The notes under the pieces are model-generated. The model was not told where the DNA came from and ran no database searches. It saw only the letters and a program-made list of their open reading frames with translations. Source: a virus. From it: DNA of 64,000 bases. A program made the translations under genes and the position numbers. Positions 8,939 to 18,010 of this stretch are shown here, in pieces (position 1 is the first letter of the stretch; every line of letters begins with the position of its first letter). The stretch is taken from IMG/VR virus record IMGVR_UViG_3300031707_000006, positions 1 to 64,000 of that record. One strand, given 5' to 3'.

Positions 8939-10342
8939 ATGGATTTCTCTAAAATGTCTTTAACTGATATACTGGAATACTTTGAATCAAAAGGAATTTT
9001 TAACGTTAGTCTAGCTTCAACAGTAAACATTGATGTACTTCAGGGAAGAATTGAGAATCTCAGTGATAATAATCAACTTGATCAAATACCATTTCCTACT
9101 GATTCTTCGTTTTCCTCTAGTGAAAACCAATGGCTTTTCTACTACTCACATCAGCAATTAATCTACGATAAAATTGGTAATGAATATATAACTAAAGAAG
9201 GTAGATTCATCAAGAGATTTGAAAAGGCCTATAAGGAAATTACAACGGCTAAATTATCTCAAACAGCAAAAGCTCTTATTGGGGATATTATACAAAAAAT
9301 TGCAAGTGAGCAGATATATAGAGTTGATTTTGTTGATTATATTGATTGGAAAGATGGGGAATATGGAAAAGATGATTCTTGTTGGTGGGGTTGTTATTCT
9401 GGATCACAAGAAATATTTATTGATAGTGGTGGTTGGGCAATTAGATTTTATGATAAAAATAATAAAGGTATTGGTAGAGTTTGGTGTTTTCCATTTGAAG
9501 ATTCCAGAACTTTTGTTTTATTTAATGCTTATTTGAATTTTGATGGAGGGCCATTAGATCAATTTGCAAGAATGTTAGCAAATCTTTGTGGGGGGCTTAA
9601 ATATAAAAGAGTTAGGTTAATCAATCAAAAAGAAGGCAATGATTATCCATATATTAATGATCATAAAGGATATGCAGTAAGTTTTACTGGTGAATTTGAA
9701 AGAGAATATGATATGGATATTGGTGAAAGAAAACCTAAATATTCTTGTTCTTATTGTGGGGACGGCTTAATGGAGGATGAATGTTATCATGGAAATGATG
9801 GTATATATTGTGAAAATTGTTATAATAGGTTCTATGTCGAATGCGGTTGGTGTAATATAATTTATCTCAAGGATGATCTCACTTATGTTGAATCTGAAAG
9901 TCAATGTTATTGTGAGCATTGTTTACGTTCTCATTTTTCAACTTGTGATAACTGTAATGAATCGTTCAGGGAGCGAAATATTAATTATGATGAAGAAAGT
10001 GACAATAACTATTGTAATGATTGTTATGAAGAACTATTAGAAGAAAGAGAAGAATGTGAAAAAGATGGGGAAGTTATTCAAGATACAGTAAAGATAAATA
10101 CTGAATTTAAAGTTGGAGATCTTATAATTTATAATCCAGAATTAGCCGATGATAAATATGGACTTACGGGTAAAGATATGATCTGTGGTAAAATTATTTC
10201 ATTCGATGTTGATTCAGGTGGGGGCGATATTGTAATACAAGTAGTAGAACATCAAAAACCAGAATATAATAACTCTGTTCCCCTTCCAGTTGAATCTAAA
10301 TATTTTATAAAACTTTCGGTAATTGATAATTTTCCAACTTAA
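8939..10342 (+). CDS. Hypothetical protein with tandem CxxC zinc-finger repeats
   Basis: SCWWG/GRVW N-terminal region followed by about six CxxC motifs. Confidence 0.7.
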   Translation: MDFSKMSLTDILEYFESKGIFNVSLASTVNIDVLQGRIENLSDNNQLDQIPFPTDSSFSSSENQWLFYYSHQQLIYDKIGNEYITKEGRFIKRFEKAYKEITTAKLSQTAKALIGDIIQKIASEQIYRVDFVDYIDWKDGEYGKDDSCWWGCYSGSQEIFIDSGGWAIRFYDKNNKGIGRVWCFPFEDSRTFVLFNAYLNFDGGPLDQFARMLANLCGGLKYKRVRLINQKEGNDYPYINDHKGYAVSFTGEFEREYDMDIGERKPKYSCSYCGDGLMEDECYHGNDGIYCENCYNRFYVECGWCNIIYLKDDLTYVESESQCYCEHCLRSHFSTCDNCNESFRERNINYDEESDNNYCNDCYEELLEEREECEKDGEVIQDTVKINTEFKVGDLIIYNPELADDKYGLTGKDMICGKIISFDVDSGGGDIVIQVVEHQKPEYNNSVPLPVESKYFIKLSVIDNFPT

Positions 10343-10430
10343 AGGAGACTAAATAATGAATTGAAAATCTAACCTTTTTATGCCCCAATTGCCATTCACA
10401 AACTAATAATTATAAAGGAAAAAATATAAA

Positions 10431-11002
10431 ATGATAAGAAAAACTGGAGGTTTGGGTATTCGAGGTAAAATATTTTTTACTTCGGATACCCACTGAAGTA
10501 TTTTGCACATAAGAATATTATAGAATATTCTCAACGTCCGTTTGAAAATGTAATAGATATGGACGATACTATTATTCGTAATTGGAATAGTGTAGTTAAA
10601 CATGAAGATGTTGTTTACCATCTAGGCGATTTTGCTTTTAATAACCCAACCTATTATTTAAAGCAATTGTATGGTAAAATATATATTCTTCCTGGCTCAC
10701 ACGATAAAAATCTCTCTAATGTACAATTACCGATTGTAATTTTAAATCCAGAGGGTTTAAAAGACGAATATGGTAATGAAAGAAAGATTATATTATGCCA
10801 TTATAGTATGAGAAGTTGGCCTTTATCTCATTATGCAAGTTGGCATCTTTGGGGGCACAGCCATAATAAATTAGAACCCTATGGTTTAAGTTTTGATGTA
10901 GGTATGGACACAAACAATTTCTTTCCATATTCTTTGGATGAAATTATAGAAAAAATGAGTAAGTTAAAACCAATCGTAGACTTCAGAAAAAAGGCGAAAT
11001 AA
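10431..11002 (+). pseudogene. Calcineurin-like metallophosphoesterase, split after motif I by an 8-nt insert
   Basis: 10431-10493 encodes ...IFFTSDTH then TGA; another frame continues FAHKNII...YHLGDF...GSHD...CHY...GHSH. Confidence 0.75.
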
Positions 11003-11003
11003 A

Positions 11004-11312
11004 ATGGCGTATAAAGGTGTTATTTGTGGTGTACCCGATGAATTTTGTTCTGGTGGTAAACTTATTACTACTCAAGTTTTAGGACATAAGAAATATCATT
11101 CAGATCGAAATCAAGCATTTAAATGTATGGTAAAATTCTTATTAGATCAAGGTTATAAACAAATTGGTAATCGAGAATTTATAAATCCTGAGAATGGATA
11201 TGTAAGAGTATTAACTAAAAAATCTCGTTTTGGTGGTGCATTACGTTCTGGTAAAGAGAAAACAAGATTAATGCCAAATCAATTTGTTAATGGAATGATT
11301 ACATCTAAGTAA
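11004..11312 (+). CDS. Hypothetical protein
   Basis: Contiguous ORF in the operon. Confidence 0.65.
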   Translation: MAYKGVICGVPDEFCSGGKLITTQVLGHKKYHSDRNQAFKCMVKFLLDQGYKQIGNREFINPENGYVRVLTKKSRFGGALRSGKEKTRLMPNQFVNGMITSK

Positions 11313-11371
11313 TAGAATATAAATACACTGTCAATAAGAATATTCTTATTGACAGTAATTTGTAGTCTATT
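11311..11371 (+). promoter_or_regulatory. Long stem-loop with asymmetric internal loop (RNase III-like site)
   Basis: AATAGAaTATAAAT-ac-ACTGTCAATAAGAA..TTCTTATTGACAGT-a-ATTTGTAgTCTATT. Confidence 0.65.
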
Positions 11372-11611
11372 CAACTACAAAAGAAAGAGGAATAAAATGA
11401 ATAAAGAAGAATTAGAAAGATTTATACAATTTATTTTAGCAGATATTTTTTATAATAAAACTCTCGATACCATAAATATTAGGACTAATTTACATAATCT
11501 TGTAAAAGCAACAATGATCTATTGTAAATGTAATTTTGATGAAACACCAATTACAGATGATGATGTAAAATTTCTTGCATATATCCGGTATATAATTGGA
11601 GTAAATAAACT

Positions 11612-12385
11612 ATGAAATTCTATGGACAAAAAGAAATTATCGATGAACTCACTATTCTATCTAAAAAAGTATTGGCAGGAAATAACTATAATATTTTAAT
11701 TAAAGGCAAGTCTGGTAGTGGAAAAACTACACTTGCTAAAATGTTTCTTTCTTGGATAGTTAGCTATAATAATGGTATTATCATTTTACCACAAGCAGAT
11801 CAAGAGTTTAGTGAATCCTTCAAGGAAAAAAGATTTATAATTATTGATGAAGTCCATGAATTAACTAAACCAGAATGGATTTATCCATATTTAGATAGAG
11901 GAGACCGTACATTTATTTTAGTAACCAATGAATCTGGAGAGTTAAAAGAACCTTTAGTTAACAGGTGTATACCTTTAACTCTTAAACCATATACAAGAGA
12001 TGAGTTATATTGGATTGCCCAAAATAACATAAAAAAAAGTATAAAATTAACTCCAGAAATGGTATGGAGAATAGTAGAAGTTGGAAAGGAGAACCCAAGA
12101 ATCATTAAATTAAATATCTGTAAACGACTTAAGTATGTAATAGAAAAATCACCAGAATCATTTGAAGAATTTGAATCTTATCTAAATAAAATTGGTTACA
12201 TAGATGGTTTAGATCCTCTTGAGAAAGAATATTTAAAAGTGTTAAATCAATTGGGTGGTGTAGCAAGCTTAACTTTATTATGCTCTGCTTTACACCTATC
12301 AAGAAATACTTTAACAAGAGATGTAGAACCATTTATTGTAGGAAAATATATTGATATCACATCGAAAGGTAGAATATTAAAATGA
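11612..12385 (+). CDS. ruvB: RuvB-like AAA+ ATPase
   Basis: FYGQ N-terminus, GKSGSGKTT Walker A, IIIDEVH Walker B, GLD..E..YL, VEPF and TSKGR winged-helix C-terminus. Confidence 0.7.
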   Translation: MKFYGQKEIIDELTILSKKVLAGNNYNILIKGKSGSGKTTLAKMFLSWIVSYNNGIIILPQADQEFSESFKEKRFIIIDEVHELTKPEWIYPYLDRGDRTFILVTNESGELKEPLVNRCIPLTLKPYTRDELYWIAQNNIKKSIKLTPEMVWRIVEVGKENPRIIKLNICKRLKYVIEKSPESFEEFESYLNKIGYIDGLDPLEKEYLKVLNQLGGVASLTLLCSALHLSRNTLTRDVEPFIVGKYIDITSKGRILK

Positions 12386-12873
12386 TCAAGAAAGTTTTGG
12401 AATCTTTACTTGGAGAACTTGTGTATATTTTAGATGATTATGGGACTTGGATTGATTATTTAATGAAAGTGTCAGATTCAACCACATATTGTGTATATAA
12501 TACTTATTTCACAAAAGATGGAGTAGAGAGAATTGTGGTTGATTCCAAGTATATCTCTATTTATTTATATAAGAGTAAAAAAGAGGAAATAAAATGACAG
12601 AATTAACAAGAAAAGAATATTTACAAGAAAGATTTGATAAAGCAAATATATATTTAGTGGGATATTTGATTGGTCTTGATTCTTTGTTTAAAGATGATGA
12701 TCTCCCATTAGATCAATTTGAACAAATCCTCATTGAGATTGAGCAATTTCCAGTTACAATTGAACTTTTAAAAGAAAAACCAATACTTCTAACAGATTTT
12801 AAATCTAGTACAGATAGAGAACCAAGATTTAATTGGAATCGTTGGTTTGAATATGATAATTTAAGTCAGGAAA

Positions 12874-13089
12874 ATGGAGAATAATATGCCTAGATATAAG
12901 AAACCAGAATTAAAAATGATTGAGGTAACTTTTGAATGTCGGGATAAAATTGTAAAAGTTGAAGTAAAGGACTATGAACTTTTCTCAAATGAATCATCAT
13001 GTGAACTATGTGGTTCACATGGTACAATAAAAGTAACTATATTATGTCCAGTATGTGATAAATATCATACACTTGAATTAAATTCTTAG
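12874..13089 (+). CDS. Zn-ribbon protein
   Basis: CELC and CPVC. Confidence 0.6.
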   Translation: MENNMPRYKKPELKMIEVTFECRDKIVKVEVKDYELFSNESSCELCGSHGTIKVTILCPVCDKYHTLELNS

Positions 13090-13106
13090 TAAAAGGAGAA
13101 TAAATA

Positions 13107-13616
13107 ATGGACTTATCAGAATTACATGATGCTGTTAAATTACATCCGTATCGAAAGGATAATAATGAACAATATCTTAAGAACTATACAGATTTACTTT
13201 TTAAGTTAAGTGATAAGTTTTATTTCACTATTAAAGATCATCTTAAATATTCTTTTTCAGACAATATGATACATGATTTTAATGGCGCAATAATGAATGT
13301 TAATCGTAAAACTTGGGCTGTCGAACATATAGAAAGATGTTTAGGAACAATTCATACTTTCATTGATACTAGAGAAATTCCTTATTTTTACACTTATTAT
13401 ACTGGTTGTTTAATTCTAAAAGCCGAATCAAAACTTAGAAAGTTTATCTATAATGAGGAGAAAAATAAGTATATTGGAGACTACACAAAACAAGAATTGG
13501 GGAACTGTATAAAGGAAATTGAAGAATATTATAAAATAAAACCCGGAAAGTGGCACGATTTTGGTCAATATTCTAAATCATCATATGATTATTATAAAAG
13601 AGAGTTAAAGGAATAA
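13107..13616 (+). CDS. Hypothetical protein
   Basis: AAGGAG RBS; 169 aa. Confidence 0.65.
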   Translation: MDLSELHDAVKLHPYRKDNNEQYLKNYTDLLFKLSDKFYFTIKDHLKYSFSDNMIHDFNGAIMNVNRKTWAVEHIERCLGTIHTFIDTREIPYFYTYYTGCLILKAESKLRKFIYNEEKNKYIGDYTKQELGNCIKEIEEYYKIKPGKWHDFGQYSKSSYDYYKRELKE

Positions 13617-13617
13617 A

Positions 13618-13716
13618 ATGTCTGAAATAAAAAAATGGATTATTATTTTAACAATGGCTATCTTAACAAGTTGCATCGGCGCACTTCTTTTACAATTTGT
13701 TATCATGCCAAAATAA
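13618..13716 (+). CDS. Small single-TM protein (32 aa)
   Basis: AAGGA RBS; MSEIKKWIIILTMAILTSCIGALLLQFVIMPK. Confidence 0.55.
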   Translation: MSEIKKWIIILTMAILTSCIGALLLQFVIMPK

Positions 13717-14163
13717 ATTAAGGAGAATCTAAAATGTCAGCACAAACTACAGCAGATCTTATTAAGGATATATTAGTAGAAAATGAGATTCCTGTATTGT
13801 TACCGAAATTAGAATTAATAAGATCATATCTAATAGAAGGAATTGATCCTAAAACATGGGGTTCTGATAATTTTTCAGATATTCATGTAAAAAGTTTTAG
13901 AAAATATCAAAAAGTATTAGAATATTTTACAGCAGAAACCAGAGACTTTTTAAGGAGTTGGAAATGAAGGATAGTTATATTCATAATGAAAGACTAAGAT
14001 GTGTGGAATTATTAACTTCTGCTATTAAATCACTAAACAGGGATTTTAATAGCACAAATGAAATTTTAACCCTAAATCGGTTAAATGGTTTATTAGAAGA
14101 AACACAAGTAATTCAACGGCAATTATCTTTCTTAATTGTATTAAGATCACTAGGAGAATTAAA

Positions 14164-14265
14164 ATGAGTACACATGATTTACAAGTTTTAGTAATGGGTA
14201 TCTTTATTATAATCCTACTTATTGTTCTGCTTTATGTGGGCTATAAGATCAGCAAAGGAAAATAA
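14164..14265 (+). CDS. Small single-TM protein (33 aa)
   Basis: AGGAG RBS; MSTHDLQVLVMGIFIIILLIVLLYVGYKISKGK. Confidence 0.6.
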   Translation: MSTHDLQVLVMGIFIIILLIVLLYVGYKISKGK

Positions 14266-14266
14266 A

Positions 14267-14548
14267 ATGAAACCCATATCTAATTTTTGTGGAGTAAAAA
14301 ATCAATTTGTTTGGGAAGATGATCATGGGATTCGTTATTTTCAATCTTATCAAACAATTATTGTAAAGATTACTCTAAATGGCAAAGTATTTTTAGATCC
14401 AAACTGGAATTGTTCAGTTACAACATCGAAATATCGTGCAAAGTTTCTTGGAGAATCTACTAAAGAAACATTAGAAAAAATAAAAAGCCATAAATATTTT
14501 ATTCACGATTTAAATCAAAAGGAAAATAAAAATGAATGCTATACCTGA
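14267..14548 (+). CDS. Hypothetical phage protein
   Basis: NQF...FQSYQTII...SVTTSKYR pattern common in small phage proteins. Confidence 0.65.
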   Translation: MKPISNFCGVKNQFVWEDDHGIRYFQSYQTIIVKITLNGKVFLDPNWNCSVTTSKYRAKFLGESTKETLEKIKSHKYFIHDLNQKENKNECYT

Positions 14549-14708
14549 TTATTTAAGAACATTTGCAGAAGAAACTGGAGCAGTTATTACAATAATTGAT
14601 CCAGAAGATGTACATCCCTGGTTAGGTTATATAGTTAGTTGTATGGGGATAATAGTTATTATATGTTGTTGTGCAGGATTTGGAGTTTATCTACACTTCT
14701 TTGGATAA
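14532..14708 (+). CDS. Small C-terminal-TM protein (58 aa)
   Basis: AAGGA RBS; hydrophobic, Cys-rich C-terminus. Confidence 0.55.
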   Translation: MNAIPDYLRTFAEETGAVITIIDPEDVHPWLGYIVSCMGIIVIICCCAGFGVYLHFFG

Positions 14709-14712
14709 AAAT

Positions 14713-15624
14713 ATGGTTGAATATAAAGTAATCTTTGAGACATTGTTTGGTTCTCATTTATATGGTACTACTACCCCCGAAAGTGATATAGATTATAGAG
14801 GGGTAGTAGTACCATTTAAAGGCATACTACTATCCCCATTTAAAAACTTTGAGCAACAAGAGTTTTCTAATGAGGATAGAGTATATTTTTCTATCCGTAA
14901 ATTCTTTCAATTAGCCATTGATTGTAATCCTAACATATTAGAGATTTTATTTGCTACAAATGCCACACAACAGACTACAAGAGAATGGTTTGAAATATAT
15001 GAGAATAGATACTTATTCTTATCTACAAGAGCAAGGCAAACCTTTACAGGATATGCTTATGCACAATTAAAAAGGATTAAATTACATCGGTCGTATCTAT
15101 TAAATCCACCTAAAAAAGAACCATTAAGAAGTGATTATGGTTTAAAAGATTCACCTGAATTCGGTTTAGAAAAGGTAGAAGTTTTAATTCATGCACCTAT
15201 AGAAACAATTAAAGAAAGTTGGAGAGATTATGCATTAGCAGAAAAATCTTATCACGATGCCAGACAATCTTGGAATAGTTATAAAGATTGGGAAAAGAAT
15301 CGTAATGAAAAAAGAAAAATAATAGAGGCTAAATACGGTTATGATACCAAACATGGTATGCACTTATACAGATTATTAACAGAGGGTAAAGAATTGTTAG
15401 AGAGATTAACAATTACTTTACCCAGACCGGATGCAGAATTTCTATTGCAAATTAGAAATGGTTTGTATTCTTATGAACAATTAATAGAGGTAGGTGAAAA
15501 TTTTAAAAAAGAAATGGAAGAAACTAAAACGACTTTACCAGATAAACCTAATATTTCTATATTAGAGAATTTATATTTTGATGTCTTAGAAATAAGTGGA
15601 GTATTAAAAGGAAGATTAAAATGA
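14713..15624 (+). CDS. Pol-beta superfamily nucleotidyltransferase (RlaP/Nuc-transf type)
   Basis: GSHLYGTTTPESDIDYRG, CNPNILE, GYDTKHGMHLYRLL. Confidence 0.85.
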   Translation: MVEYKVIFETLFGSHLYGTTTPESDIDYRGVVVPFKGILLSPFKNFEQQEFSNEDRVYFSIRKFFQLAIDCNPNILEILFATNATQQTTREWFEIYENRYLFLSTRARQTFTGYAYAQLKRIKLHRSYLLNPPKKEPLRSDYGLKDSPEFGLEKVEVLIHAPIETIKESWRDYALAEKSYHDARQSWNSYKDWEKNRNEKRKIIEAKYGYDTKHGMHLYRLLTEGKELLERLTITLPRPDAEFLLQIRNGLYSYEQLIEVGENFKKEMEETKTTLPDKPNISILENLYFDVLEISGVLKGRLK

Positions 15625-16086
15625 AACAATCAATTTCAGGATTTCTATTATCTAAACGTACTTGGAATGAAGAGGGGATAGCAATAAAGATTCCAATTAT
15701 GGTATATCTCAATATGATTGATGCACAAGAGGTACGAGATAAGTTAAATTTATCCAGAAGCGATAAGGAATTGATTAATCCAATTAAATATGAACTAGAA
15801 AAAATTTGTGTAGTACCAGGATAAAAAGGAGAATATAAAATGAATTTTCTAAAAAGAAGTGCTTACCCTGAATGGGTTTGTCTTATTATTGGAGTCACTG
15901 ATATTCTTAATGGATTAGTTTATGCACTATCTTTTGGGCATATATCCATTGGAATATGGATAACTAAACTGCAATTCTTTGGTTGGGCAAATAAATATTA
16001 TAGAGACCCAGGAGAATAAAAAGGAAAAATAAAATGAATCAAGCAGAAATATTGTTGACTAAACTAGAAGATGAGGAGACTTTAAA

Positions 16087-16530
16087 ATGAATAAAATTTG
16101 TACAGGATTAAAAGATAAATTTGGAACATCAATCTATTTGGGAGATAAACTTAGATCAGATTATGAATATGATGTAATTGTATCTAAAAGTTATGATGGT
16201 ACTTACTTTGGTATACTTGTTTGTGAACCAGAACATTCCTGTAAAAATATTCCTTATGCACTAAATAGTGGACAAGGGTATGAAGTTATTAAAGATAAAG
16301 TTGGTGTATTAATTGAATATTTTCAAGATGTGATCGTACAGCTCACTGTATATGGTAATATTAAAAAAGGGAATAAAGAATATATGAAACGGGTTAGGGA
16401 AATTATAAAAAATAATTCAGATGAATATTCAGATAGTTTATCTGATGAACAATTAGAAGAATTACGAGAAAATTTATCTGAAAATATGTGCAAAGAGATG
16501 GTAGACTATTATGAAGGAGAGGTAATATAG
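16087..16530 (+). CDS. YopX-like domain protein
   Basis: TGLKDKFGTSIYLGD. Confidence 0.55.
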   Translation: MNKICTGLKDKFGTSIYLGDKLRSDYEYDVIVSKSYDGTYFGILVCEPEHSCKNIPYALNSGQGYEVIKDKVGVLIEYFQDVIVQLTVYGNIKKGNKEYMKRVREIIKNNSDEYSDSLSDEQLEELRENLSENMCKEMVDYYEGEVI

Positions 16531-16531
16531 G

Positions 16532-16885
16532 ATGGATGAAATAGACGAACTTAACCAAAAAATTTATGAACTTTATTCAAAGCGAAATGAATTGCAAATA
16601 GCACAAAGAACTATTAGTAATTCTAAATACATAGGAAAATATTATAGAGAATTTGTGGATGATAATGATCAATATACATGGTATACTCATGTTATTAGAA
16701 TAAATTCCACTGGAGAATTAATTGCAAATATTTTTAAGGTTGATGAGTCCCCATTTAGTAGAACTCCAAAAATTGTTGTAACAACAGAAACGTACTGTAA
16801 TATATCAAGTAGTACAAAAGAAATCTCTGAAGAAAGATTTTATCAAATTTATACTTCCACTTTAGAAAAGATAAAAGAAATCTAA
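16532..16885 (+). CDS. Hypothetical protein
   Basis: Last gene of the rightward block. Confidence 0.65.
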   Translation: MDEIDELNQKIYELYSKRNELQIAQRTISNSKYIGKYYREFVDDNDQYTWYTHVIRINSTGELIANIFKVDESPFSRTPKIVVTTETYCNISSSTKEISEERFYQIYTSTLEKIKEI

Positions 16886-16913
16886 TATAATCTTATATGG
16901 TTAGTTAATAACT

Positions 16914-16949
16914 AAATCCCCTCCAGTTTTTTGATTGGGGGGGATTTTT
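16914..16949. terminator. Terminator at the convergent junction of the + and - blocks
   Basis: AAATCCCCTCCAGT/ATTGGGGGGGATTT stem plus T-run. Confidence 0.8.
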
Positions 16950-17242
16950 GTTTTAACTTGGGGTTAATTCTTTTTTATATTTAGCAGTTAAATAATATAC
17001 TTTAACTATGGGGATTGTAGTAGTATCCATAAAATCACAAACTTGAATATGTACATCTATATTCTTTTTAGCAGTACGGGTTAATAGTAAATTTAAATCA
17101 CCTATCAATCTATTAATTCCATCAACTAGCGCCTGGTCATCCATTGTCGTTCTCCTTTTTTTTTATTTTTTAATGTAAAGGCAACTCTGATTTTTTGGAA
17201 AAATTCCAGATTAATTTCAATTACATAATTTCCAATTATAAT

Positions 17243-17992
17243 TTATTGTGCAGAATCTCCGCAGGAAAAACCACAAACTATTGGAAGTTCACTTTGGTAA
17301 TTTCCAGCAGTTATAGGTAATTGTCTCAGAGAAATATGCGTTGGAATCCCATTGATATTTATAATATTAAGTTTAGCACCATATTTTTCCTCATATTGTG
17401 CCATTTTTTCAAAGACATCTGGAAAATCTTTTCTTATTTTATTCCAATATCCTTTTGCTCCTTTTACACAACCAATACAATTATTATTTTTATAACCAAG
17501 TAGATACATCTCTGGAAGTTTAATTCTTATCTGATTGATCATCAATATGCAATTCGCTTTAGAGAGATTCTGATCTAATAGAGGAAATTCTACGTTCACA
17601 AGTGGATTTTCTTTTCTAAACCGATTGGCACGATTTAATTCTGAATTATCATATCCAAAAATCTGTAAATCAGTTTCAAGATTCTCATAGCGCTCTCTTT
17701 GTTTCTTTTTTAATTCATAAGAACATTTAGCACCGAATCGATTAGCGATAAAACCAGATTTATCATAAACAGCATAAATATCTTTAAATTCAGGATGTTT
17801 GATAATTTTAATAGCGTGGTTATACCATTTTTCACAATCTATTAAAAATCTTTTATTATCTGGATGTTCTGATCCAGTATCAAAATAAACAATTTCTATT
17901 GGATATCTATCTTTATATTTCTCCAATATTGATTTAGTTGCATAAGCACTTGTAATTCCACAAGAAAACCAACAAATTATTCGATTAATCAC
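17243..17992 (-). CDS. PAPS-reductase-like (PP-loop) protein
   Basis: CWFSCGITS, EHPDNKRF, GYKNNNCIGCVKG. Confidence 0.8.
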   Translation of the reverse strand: MINRIICWFSCGITSAYATKSILEKYKDRYPIEIVYFDTGSEHPDNKRFLIDCEKWYNHAIKIIKHPEFKDIYAVYDKSGFIANRFGAKCSYELKKKQRERYENLETDLQIFGYDNSELNRANRFRKENPLVNVEFPLLDQNLSKANCILMINQIRIKLPEMYLLGYKNNNCIGCVKGAKGYWNKIRKDFPDVFEKMAQYEEKYGAKLNIININGIPTHISLRQLPITAGNYQSELPIVCGFSCGDSAQ

Positions 17993-18010
17993 TTAATTTC
18001 CAATCGCATT

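Noticed and set aside
10491-10496. TGA after SDTH as evidence of stop-codon reassignment
   Set aside because: Readthrough would not restore the downstream frame, and TGA and TAG end many normal genes here
17186-17227. Possible fifth, minus-strand copy of the GTAAAY...TCARAAAATT motif
   Set aside because: Spacing is several nt longer and both boxes are mismatched
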